Shown in pieces: positions 1 to 9,100 of a DNA stretch of 64,000 nt (position 1 is the first letter of the stretch; every line of letters starts with the position of its first letter). Source of the stretch: a virus; IMG/VR virus record IMGVR_UViG_3300031576_000037, positions 2,959 through 66,958 of that record. One strand, 5' to 3'. Both the position numbers and the translations under genes were made by a program. Below the pieces are notes generated by a model. That model had not been told where the DNA came from. It did not search any database and was given only the letters and a program-made list of their open reading frames with translations.

Positions 1-910
1 CCGTATCCTCAAACAATGCTGGCTGTGGTGGTGGAAAATTGCGATTGAATAACCGCAGAAAAGCGCGCCAGTTTGGAGATACCCGCATCAATGCTGTCAC
101 AATTGCGACGTGTTTTTCTAAATGCGGTTGCCCAATATCGCCAGTGAGAAATCTATGGTGATGCACCTTCCGTCGCCCCTTCTCCGTGGGCGGATTTAAC
201 TTCTCAAGTTCCTGTCTGATATTAAATGGCAACTGGTCATACACGAGTATGTTTGTGAGTTTGCCAGCATAGCGTGGCCCCTGTGGCCCTTTTTGCTGAT
301 AGTCTATTTGATCGAATCTCCACCCGCGCAATCGAAACATTTCCCGATAAAACTCTTCAGGGAATTTTTCCGCCCACGGCAGTAGTTCCTTTGAGATGTA
401 CAGCCCTAACAATTGTCGCAGTTCGTCTTTTGGCCTTATGTCTTGATAACCAGTCGCCTCATCAATCAAAGCATCAATGGCAACTGATTGCAGAGCGTTG
501 AGAACGATCTTGCATCGTTCGGCAATCGCAACCTGCTGCGCTCTTAGCTTAGCTCCCCCATACAGCGCATCTACATACACGCGGCAAACCAATGGGAAGA
601 TATTGCCCTTAAATCCGAACGCTGTGCCACGAAAACCTCCACTCGACAAAGGCTTGAATCTTATCGGCTTCATCGACCGAACTAACTCATCGGAAATAAA
701 AGATTTAAGGTTCTTTGCGGCTAAGAAAGGTGGGGTTTGCTCGACCGATGCTCCCTGGCCAGCAGGCGGATTTTTTGAGCGTCCCATAGCCTGAAGAAAT
801 CCAGCCTGAGTAATCACCCTTGATCCATCTTCAAGCACTGCGCAAGGAATGACTAGGTTGCCAATTTTCAATTCCCCTTCGTGAGTTGCTTTCAGAATTG
901 TTTCACTCAT
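1..910 (-). CDS. P63C domain-containing protein (3' end runs off the window)
   Basis: Missing from the ORF track because no stop lies in the window. Manual translation from ATG 910 gives MSETILKATHEGELKIGNLVIPCAVLEDGSRVITQ...ALIDEATGYQ...LLPWAEKFPEEFYREMFRLRGW...HHHRFLT. Homologous to 61755..62864. Confidence 0.85.
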   Translation of the reverse strand, partial: MSETILKATHEGELKIGNLVIPCAVLEDGSRVITQAGFLQAMGRSKNPPAGQGASVEQTPPFLAAKNLKSFISDELVRSMKPIRFKPLSSGGFRGTAFGFKGNIFPLVCRVYVDALYGGAKLRAQQVAIAERCKIVLNALQSVAIDALIDEATGYQDIRPKDELRQLLGLYISKELLPWAEKFPEEFYREMFRLRGWRFDQIDYQQKGPQGPRYAGKLTNILVYDQLPFNIRQELEKLNPPTEKGRRKVHHHRFLTGDIGQPHLEKHVAIVTALMRVSPNWRAFLRLFNRNFPPPQPALFEDT

Positions 911-1328
911 AAGTACCCCCGTTGACGTTATCTGGTAAACAAACGATCTGATTTAGAATTGCCCGTTGATTTGCATCAGCCCAAGCTTGCCGGATTTGCA
1001 TTGTGATTCTTGCAGCAGTGTTTTTGTTGATTTGAATCTGCTGCGCCAGATGTCGTATGGGCAACTGTCCCGGCGCGTGAGCGATTAGATAGATAGCGCA
1101 AAACCAAGTCTGAAGTGGTAAGCGGGTTTTATGAAAAATCGTACCCACTGTCACGCTAAAAGCCGAATTGCACGGATTACAATGGTGCCTATTCTCTGTT
1201 GGGAGCGGTGTTGAAAAGCGCATCTTGCAATAAGGGCAGATCGGCTTGCCCTGCCATCGCAGTGTCTCTAAGAACAGAATGCAATCTGACTTATTTGGGA
1301 AAAGAGCGTCCATCGCATCCATATCCAT
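903..1328 (-). CDS. IS1595-type transposase N-terminal zinc-ribbon/HTH protein (no DDE domain)
   Basis: LETLRW-x-CPYC...CNPC-x-FSVTVGTIFHKTRLPLQTWF matches the IS1595 Zn-ribbon pattern. Its stop overlaps the P63C start (ATGAGTGA). Confidence 0.75.
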   Translation of the reverse strand: MDMDAMDALFPNKSDCILFLETLRWQGKPICPYCKMRFSTPLPTENRHHCNPCNSAFSVTVGTIFHKTRLPLQTWFCAIYLIAHAPGQLPIRHLAQQIQINKNTAARITMQIRQAWADANQRAILNQIVCLPDNVNGGTYE

Positions 1329-1561
1329 TGCTCATTACCTCATGCGGGTAAGCTTATAGCAGCGTGATTGCCCGTTGTCACTTCCTTTGGCTAGGACAAA
1401 TCACAGTTTTCTTCCTTTAGCTCAGACATCGCGTTTTATCTCTGCCGGTAGGTGGGGCGGATATACGCTAAAAGGTCGGTTGATTTCATCTTGATTTCAA
1501 CTGGCCTTTGCTTTATGAGTTGCAGCGCATTCATGCTGAGAATTTTGCCAGAGGTCATATA

Positions 1562-3193
1562 ATGCCGGACAATTGGAAGAATAAACTCTATTTCGGGGAT
1601 AATCTCGGCATCCTGCGCGAGCACGTAGACGATGGGAGCGTAGACCTGATCTACCTTGACCCGCCTTTCAATTCAAACGCCAGTTACAATGTCCTTTTTC
1701 AAGAGAAGAGCGGGAAGAAATCCGCCGCACAGATCACGGCCTTTGAAGATACATGGCAATGGGGAATGGAGTCAGAGGAAGCTTTCCATGACATCGTAAC
1801 CAGCGGACGGCGGAAAGTCGCAGACCTGATGCAAGCCTTAAGATCGTTTCTGGGGCAAAGTGACATGATGGCATATCTGGCGATGATGACCCCGCGCCTG
1901 GTTGAACTGCACAGGACGTTGAAACCAACGGGCAGTCTATATCTACATTGTGATCCAACGGCCAGCCATTACTTGAAGATTGTTTTAGATGGCGTGTTTG
2001 AAAAAGGCGGGTTCCGCAACGAAATTATCTGGCAGCGCACGAATGCTCACAACATGCGAACAAAGGGATATGTCCGAGCGAATGACACTATTTTTTTCTA
2101 TACGAAAACTGACCAATTCACCTTTAACGCACAATACACCGAATATGGAATCGAACAGCTACGTAGGTTTAAGCCGGATGAAACCGGACGACTCTATAAA
2201 GCTGAAAATATGACGTTCTCAAATCCCAACCCAAACCGACAGTTTGAATGGAGAGGGGCACAACCCCCGCCAAATCGGTCATGGGGAGCCTCTTTAGAGC
2301 AGCTAGAAAAGTGGTACGCCGAAGGGCGCATTTTGTTAAAGAGAGACGGAACTCCGCGCCTAGATGGTTTGAAGATTTACCTAGACGAAACCAAAGGAAA
2401 GCCCCTTACTACCAATTGGACAGACATTGATAGAGTCAGCAATACATCAGGGGAGCGTCTAGGCTATCCCACACAGAAGCCGGAAGCGTTGCTTGAGCGC
2501 ATCATCCACGTCAACAGCAATGAAGGCGACGTTATACTAGACCCATTCTGCGGATGCGGGACAGCCATAGCCGTCGCTGAGCGTCTGCATCGTTGTTGGA
2601 TTGGAATTGATGTGACGCATCTGGCAATCACGCTTATTCGTCATCGGCTTCAAGACGCATTTCAATCCGAACTCTCACCCTATGAAATCATAGGCGCGCC
2701 AACCGATACGCCGGGCGCAGAAGCATTGGCGCAGGTTGACCGCTACCAATTCCAATGGTGGGCATTGGGTTTGATCGGCGCGATGCCCGCGCAGGATAAA
2801 AAGAAGGGCGCAGATAGCGGCATAGACGGGTTCATCAATTTTTTCGAGGAGAAAAGCGAGAAGGCAAGGAAGATCGTTGTCCAGGTCAAAAGCGGGCATG
2901 TAAAAGTCTCAGACATCCGAGACCTGAAAGGGACAATGGAGCGCGAAAAAGCCGCAATCGGCGCTTTCATTACGCTGGAAACGCCAACCAAGCCAATGTT
3001 GACGGAAGCGGCGGCGGCTGGCTTCTATGAATCGCAATGGTTCGCTGGCCAGCAATTTCCGCGCTTACAAGTGCTCACTATTGAAGAGCTACTGAACGGC
3101 ATGACGCTCAAATATCCACGCTTGCACGTCGAAACATTCAAGCGGGCAGAACGTCAAAGCAAATCGAAGACAAAACAAGAGAAGCTGTTTTAG
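1562..3193 (+). CDS. Site-specific DNA methyltransferase (N6/N4, beta-class) with C-terminal Mrr-like endonuclease domain
   Basis: LIYLDPPF, YPTQKPEALL and LDPFCGCGT motifs; C-terminal D-x-GIDG...VQVKSG. Start placed at ATG 1562 after GAGG, as in the paralog. Confidence 0.9.
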   Translation: MPDNWKNKLYFGDNLGILREHVDDGSVDLIYLDPPFNSNASYNVLFQEKSGKKSAAQITAFEDTWQWGMESEEAFHDIVTSGRRKVADLMQALRSFLGQSDMMAYLAMMTPRLVELHRTLKPTGSLYLHCDPTASHYLKIVLDGVFEKGGFRNEIIWQRTNAHNMRTKGYVRANDTIFFYTKTDQFTFNAQYTEYGIEQLRRFKPDETGRLYKAENMTFSNPNPNRQFEWRGAQPPPNRSWGASLEQLEKWYAEGRILLKRDGTPRLDGLKIYLDETKGKPLTTNWTDIDRVSNTSGERLGYPTQKPEALLERIIHVNSNEGDVILDPFCGCGTAIAVAERLHRCWIGIDVTHLAITLIRHRLQDAFQSELSPYEIIGAPTDTPGAEALAQVDRYQFQWWALGLIGAMPAQDKKKGADSGIDGFINFFEEKSEKARKIVVQVKSGHVKVSDIRDLKGTMEREKAAIGAFITLETPTKPMLTEAAAAGFYESQWFAGQQFPRLQVLTIEELLNGMTLKYPRLHVETFKRAERQSKSKTKQEKLF

Positions 3194-3223
3194 CGCAGCC
3201 AAGCACTTTGCGTCCTAAAGTCA

Positions 3224-3247
3224 GGTGAGCCAAGTATATTTTTACCC
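3224..3247. mobile_element. Putative IS1595-family terminal inverted repeat (right end)
   Basis: GGTGAGCCAAGTATATTTTTACCC follows the MTase and sits where the downstream gene loses its N-terminus. The family resemblance is from memory and the partner end is not in the window. Confidence 0.4.
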
Positions 3248-3249
3248 AA

Positions 3250-3627
3250 CATTACTCGCGATTGCATTATGCCGACGGGCGCCAACCGCTATTGTTTGTT
3301 GGGCCTGGTGAGAAGATGGTACTCATCACGCCCAACGCTGATGCCTTGTTCGTCTGGCGGAAATTTATTTCCGGGGATAGGCAAGAGGGCGTCAATTGCG
3401 CGGTTTTTCGCAATGAATCGGCCAGATTGAGCAGCGAGTTGATTGCAGTAGCGGAGAGGCTCGCTTGGCAGCGATGGCCTGGACGGCGGTTATACACCTA
3501 TGTCAACCCGCGTAAGGTGCGCTCACAGAATCCGGGTTGTTGTTTTATGAAGGCGGGATGGCGAAAATGTGGAGAGACAAAACGCCATCGCCTGTTGATT
3601 TTTGAGCGTTGGCCAGACAACGCCTGA
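3250..3627 (+). pseudogene. 5'-truncated Mom-like/GNAT-fold phage protein (putative DNA modification)
   Basis: HYSR..YADGR..FVGPGEK..FRNE..LYTYV..NPGCCFMKAGW. In-frame stop at 3226 and no good start or RBS. Confidence 0.5.
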
Positions 3628-3741
3628 CGATAACGGGCTGACGGCGGCGGGCGGCACGATCATCACTTCCGCCATCGCGCCTGCGCCCTGCGTCACCTGC
3701 ACGGCTGACCCGCCCTGCGCGGTCTGCATTGGCGACTGTCT

Positions 3742-4074
3742 TTGATGCAAATTCAGATGGGCAAGAATATGTGCGTAGCGAAGAGGATTCCTGATGGCGG
3801 TACTTGGAAGCCGCGCTCCTTGTTCACTCCTGCCCGCCTCGCCGTCCTCCAGGCGCTGGCCGACGGCTGGCAGATCGCCGTCTACGCCGACCAATCCGGA
3901 CTGCGGTGGCGAAGCAATGACGGCAAACGCAGCTATCGGGGTTACGTCGTCCGCCCCGCCACGCTGCGGCCATTGATTGAGGCGGGATTGATTGGGGTCG
4001 TCGGTGAGGGCGGGAACCTGGCCAGGCTGACCGAGGCTGGGCGGAGAGCTTTGAAGTCAGCGCCGCCGGATTAG
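3742..4074 (+). CDS. Hypothetical protein, winged-helix-like
   Basis: Ends in LIEAGLI...LTEAGRRAL, similar to the next ORF. Confidence 0.55.
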   Translation: MMQIQMGKNMCVAKRIPDGGTWKPRSLFTPARLAVLQALADGWQIAVYADQSGLRWRSNDGKRSYRGYVVRPATLRPLIEAGLIGVVGEGGNLARLTEAGRRALKSAPPD

Positions 4075-4082
4075 CAAACTAT

Positions 4083-4358
4083 ATGAAGCTATCAGCAAAA
4101 ACACTCGCCGCCCTACAGATCATCCGCGCCCATCCCGGCATCCAGCCGCGCGAGTTTGCGCGTCTGATGTGGCCTGACTCCGATGGCTTCCGCCGCTCGT
4201 CCAGATGCGGACGCGGATCAAGCAGGGGCGGCGGCATGAATCTGGCGGGCGGCGGCTACCTGGGCAGGTTGCGCAGGTGCGGGCTGATTACGTGGGATCA
4301 GTCATTAACTGAGGCGGGACTAGAAGCTTTGGAGTCGCCGCAGAAGATGTGCAGATAA
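4083..4358 (+). CDS. Hypothetical protein, winged-helix-like
   Basis: IIRAHPGIQPREFARLM...LRRCGLI...LTEAGLEAL. Confidence 0.6.
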   Translation: MKLSAKTLAALQIIRAHPGIQPREFARLMWPDSDGFRRSSRCGRGSSRGGGMNLAGGGYLGRLRRCGLITWDQSLTEAGLEALESPQKMCR

Positions 4359-4467
4359 CGAACATTATCTTGACAACCGGCGCAGATAGTGCTGTCCTCT
4401 ATCCATGGAAATCACTCCGCAGGATCAAGACCGATTATTATCAAATGACCGAGAAAGGTAGCACATT

Positions 4468-4794
4468 ATGTCAATAACTTTTTCCACCACCGCCTCGCCA
4501 TCCACACTGCGCCCGAAGAATATGCTTCAACTTTTCGGCTCGCACACGGTCTACCTGCTTCGTTGGGGCGGCGTGCTGCACTTATTGTTCGACGTGCGGG
4601 ATTGGAGTGAGGCTGCGTACCGCTTCGGTGAAACCGTCGCGCAATTTGTGCCGGCAGAGCGTCGCTGGTATTACGTAAGTTCCGCCTTCGATGATGCCCG
4701 GATGACGCAGTCGGAACTTGAGATACTAGTCGCCGATAACGTAGTCTGCGTGCTAGGCAAGGACTGCCCGAAACACAAATCTCAAACTGCGTGA
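4468..4794 (+). CDS. Hypothetical phage protein
   Basis: ATG after GAAAGG; coupled to the next ORF by GTGA. Confidence 0.55.
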   Translation: MSITFSTTASPSTLRPKNMLQLFGSHTVYLLRWGGVLHLLFDVRDWSEAAYRFGETVAQFVPAERRWYYVSSAFDDARMTQSELEILVADNVVCVLGKDCPKHKSQTA

Positions 4795-4982
4795 CTGGAA
4801 TGTTTTGGGATTCTGGTAAGTTAACGGTCAGGCTGAGCAGTGGTCGCGGGTGCACGCTTTTCGCCCGCAACCTCCCCACCCCTACTGGAAACCAGAGACA
4901 ATTTGAGTTGTGGATCGAGCGCGCATGCAGGCGGTGTTTCAAGATCGCGGGCACTTATGAGGAAGAAACCGCACAAGACTAA
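4791..4982 (+). CDS. Small hypothetical protein
   Basis: GTGA overlap with the upstream stop. Confidence 0.4.
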   Translation: MTGMFWDSGKLTVRLSSGRGCTLFARNLPTPTGNQRQFELWIERACRRCFKIAGTYEEETAQD

Positions 4983-5811
4983 GTCCACCTCTGAGGTTGA
5001 TTTCTGGCTTGCTGAATGGCTCAAGCCGACCGGCAACCGCCGTAGTAGGCACACGGCAATGGCCTACCGGCGCGACATCCAGCAGTTCCTTGAATATGTG
5101 GCCAAGCCGTTTGATCAGACTACAGTGATTGATATTATGGGGTATCAGTCGCGCCTGGCCGATCAATACGGTGAAGACAAAACCCGCGCACGAAAGCTGG
5201 CTAGCGTTTGCAGCTTCTACAGGTTTCTGAATAACCGAGAAGTCACAAACGTCAACCTGTCGAAAATCGAACGCGGCAGGATCGAACGCGGCGTGAACCA
5301 TGACAAGCTTCTGACGCCTGAACAGGTGCGCGCGATCATCGCCGTCGTCGAAGCTGACGCCCTGCATCACGCGCTCCTCCGGTTCTTTTACCTGACCGGC
5401 GTAAGGATCAGCGAGGCGCTGGGCTTGCGCTGGCGTGATCTGCGCAAGCTGCCGGACGGCGGCGAGGCGCACATTATCGGCAAGCGACGCAAGTACCGGC
5501 TGGTGTTTGTCTCTGATGAATTGTGGATGGATTTGATGAGTCTGCGCGGCGCGGCAGATGATGCGGCCTATGTCTTCCCTCTCGGCGAAAATCATGTGCG
5601 ATATATCGTCAGGAAGGCGGGCAAGGTCGCAGGCGTTGAAGGTGCGCATCCGCATCAGTTTCGCCACGCCTTTGTCTCGCACCTGTTGGCCGAAGGCGTG
5701 CCACTCCCTGATGTTTCGGAACTAGCTGGTCATAGCAGCGTAGCAATGACTAGTGTTTATGCGCATCCAACGAAGGGGCGGAACGTGACTGAAAAACTGA
5801 AGGTGCGCTAA
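4957..5811 (+). CDS. Tyrosine recombinase (XerC/D-like integrase/resolvase)
   Basis: SAM-like N-domain (TAMAYRRDIQQF); catalytic TGVRISE, GKRRK, HQFRH, LAGH, VYAH. Confidence 0.92.
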   Translation: MRKKPHKTKSTSEVDFWLAEWLKPTGNRRSRHTAMAYRRDIQQFLEYVAKPFDQTTVIDIMGYQSRLADQYGEDKTRARKLASVCSFYRFLNNREVTNVNLSKIERGRIERGVNHDKLLTPEQVRAIIAVVEADALHHALLRFFYLTGVRISEALGLRWRDLRKLPDGGEAHIIGKRRKYRLVFVSDELWMDLMSLRGAADDAAYVFPLGENHVRYIVRKAGKVAGVEGAHPHQFRHAFVSHLLAEGVPLPDVSELAGHSSVAMTSVYAHPTKGRNVTEKLKVR

Positions 5812-5909
5812 CCTACAGCACGATGAGGATATACCAATGAGTGACACCAAACCTGCTGGCTTCGGCCAGCCCCTGTGCTGGTCTCTGAAATCGCCCTGCC
5901 TAAAAATGC

Positions 5910-5945
5910 AAAAAGCCCGCCGGAACCTAACCCGGCGGGCTTTTT
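5910..5945. terminator. Bidirectional intrinsic terminator
   Basis: AAAAA-GCCCGCCGG-loop-CCGGCGGGC-TTTTT between convergent genes. Confidence 0.85.
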
Positions 5946-6118
5946 GCGCTTCATTAACGTGTAACCGATATAATGGCGCAGGCTCAGTTTATCAATATGA
6001 TTGACGCCTGAGCCTGTGGAGCTTTGTTTCCGTTGCTCGCTGCGGCGTTCTCAGCCATTGGGGTCGCCGCGTGCGTACCTTATACGCCTGCTTCCCTGCC
6101 GCGTCAACTCTTCTCCTA

Positions 6119-9100
6119 CTACTTCCCTTCCAATCCCACCGGCGCACGCTTAGCACTTGGCGCGGTGCGTTTCGGCTTTTCCAGGCCGACCGGTGATTGC
6201 GTGGTGCGCTTTGGCTTTGCTCCTGCCTGATAACTTGACACACCAAAACCGCCGAATGCAGGAATAGCCCAAGCTGCACCTAACGCGCCGCCCCCTGCCG
6301 TCCGGTAGGCGTCGTAGAGGTCGCGGGCCATTATTGGGGTGGCTCGCTCAAGCAGTGCGTCTGTCATTGTGACTGGCTTGCCCCTGTAATTCTCGCCCGT
6401 CAGCCAGTCCGCGGCCAAGCCAGCCACCGGCGATGACTTCCCCCGCGCGAATCTTTTCATTGTGTTGATCATGTGGCCTATCGCCGCCCGCCGGTCGCGC
6501 TCCGTCTTCGCAGTTGCCCGCGCCTTCGCTGCCTGGAACATCCTAGTAGCGAACACGGCGTATTGCTGCATTCCGCCCGTCAGGTCATAGTGATACCTGC
6601 CATTGATGACGACCTTGCCGAAGTCGGCGTCATCAGGATCGCTGCCCACGGTAATCGGGAAGCCTGCCGCGCCTGCCGCTGCTGCTGCGCCCAATGCCGC
6701 GCCCAGTACTAATACGTGCTGCGCCAGGTCGCCCAGCATCTTGCCTCGGAATGCCGGATCGGCCTTGACGTAGCGCGCCGGATTCAGCATCTGGATGCGG
6801 CTCATCACCCAGCGCGGAGACCAGAGGAAGTTGGCCAGGAACGGGACAGCGCCCTCGTAGTCGCCAAAGCTACCGCGTCCGGTTGAGATATTGACCCAAT
6901 CGGCCATCTGTTTGTAGGCTTCAGGGTTGCTATCGAAGGTCGCTCCCCGCCGCGCCATGTAGTCAGCATGCTCATTGTATTTGGCGGCGCGCAGCATATC
7001 GAGCAGTGTGGTGTTGCCGCGCTCGGTTTGCTTGTAGAGGGGGATATTTTGCATAGCGCGCGAGATGTAGCCGTCTTCCCTGTCGCTGAGCCGGTTGCCG
7101 TGCTCAACCTTGACCTGATTGATCAGGTGGAGTCCGGCCTTGCGCATCTCGACAGCGCGCGGATCAGCCCCAATCTCGGCGTTCAGTCGGGCGAAGTTCC
7201 CGCTCTTCATTGCGGAAAGGCCGGAGCGCAACAGGCGCGCAGTCTTGACGGGACGAAAGACCAGGCCCGGCAGGTTGTAGAAGCCGCCCTGCCGGAAGGC
7301 GAAGGACAGATCAAGTCCGCCGAGGAAGGTACGCGGGGCGGCAGCGATGTCTCCCGCCTTGAATTTCTCGCCGAAGGAGCGCGCCATCTCTTCCCGCGCG
7401 GCGAAGAGCCTGGCCCCGTCGTTCGTGTTCGTCGCATCTATGACTTCATTAATCAAGTCGTTGAGTTTTTGGTTTTGTTTCGGCGTGAATGTGGTATTAG
7501 CCAGTTTCGCGGACATCCCCTGCGCCCACTGCGCTATATCCCAGCCGGTCGGCAGGGGAACTTTCGGCAGGGGCGCTTTCGGGCGTGTCTTCCGTCCCTG
7601 AAAAACGCCGCCGAATGCGCCCAGCACCTGCCCGCCCGGCGCCTCGCCGGGAAGCGCGCCTAGGCTGAAGATTGGGCGGGTTCCGGCTTTGTCTGCGCCT
7701 GCTGTTCGAGGAGTCTCTGCAGCGCCGGTTTCCCTCCCCTCTTTTGTGCCTTCTTCGCCTGCTCCACGAGAGCGGAGAGGGCGTCCGGCGACAGCCCCGC
7801 CAGTTCCGGCGGCGGCGTTTCGTTGTACAATGCCTTGAATTGTCTCACCGCCTGGGCGGTATTCGGGTCGTCGGCCATGTTTCTCCTTTGCCTGCCTGAG
7901 TGCGGCGCGCATTTCAGGCGTAGCGTGCAACGGCTCAAATGATTCAGGGGCGCGGCGCTCAGTGCGGAACGAGATATTTTCCATGTACTCGTTCAGCCAG
8001 CTCGTCGCTTCGTCCAGCGTCAAGCCGAGTTTATCATACTGCCCGCCTAAGACGTGAGCGATAGTTTCGGACGTGTACTGGTCGGGATGATAACCGCTAC
8101 GCGCCAGAGCCTGGCTGAGCTTGTCGGCCTGCGGCTGCGCGTCGAACCATCCCTGGGTCGTTTTGTACTGACGCTCGGCGTTGTGGCTCAATTCGTGATA
8201 GACCGTGCGACGGGTTTCGCTGAATCCGCGCGTGCCCGCAATATACAGGACTCGGCCATATTGATCCGCCGTCTCTTCAAGCGCGCGCGCCAGTGCCTCG
8301 ATTTGCGCATCAGCGGCTGCGCGCTCCGCTTCGGGTTTATTGCGCCAGGAGTTTTTTTCCGTGCGAATTGCGTCCGCGAACTCGTAAGCTTCATCGGCTG
8401 ACAGGTTCGCGCCGTATATCGGCGTATGCTGGTATGTCTCTCCGCGTTCCTTTGCCTTGCGCAACTGTAACAAATGCTCTGCCCGATCAATCCAGAAGTG
8501 CGCCTGCTCGTTACCATAAATCACATTGGCGCGGGACTCGCTCTTCGATGAGCGGGTTCGGGTGTTGGTGGCGATGTCGGTCGCGGATTGGGCGTCGCTC
8601 AGTGGGGCAGGCTGAAAATCAGAGGTGCGCGGCTCGCGCTGGAACAGCGGCTGCCCCTGCATCACGGAATCGCGCATCGCGGGGGTGATAGTAACAGAGT
8701 GGACAGCGGCATATCGCTGTTCAGGCTCACGCATTTCCGTACCATCAACCTGGCGGGCATATTGCTTTGCCGCTGCCTCATCTGCGCCAAAACGATTGAC
8801 GATTTGATTCTCCTTGATAACGACCCATTCACCGGCAGCACTCTCTATGCGCTCAGTCGGCACACTGCCCTGTTCGACTTTTATTCCCCATTTTTTGACG
8901 TACCGATTAACGAAGGAAGGCAGGATTTGATCGTAAAAACCTCTCATTCCCTCGCCGCCGACTTTGAGGTCAACGCCGCCCAGCGCCAGCGTATCCTGCC
9001 CTTCACCATATTGGCGGGTCGCAAATTGATCTGGCTGTTGCCGCAGCAGCCGCTCTGCCACTTCCTTGCCGACAACATCAGGTAACCCGCTTTCGTCTTG

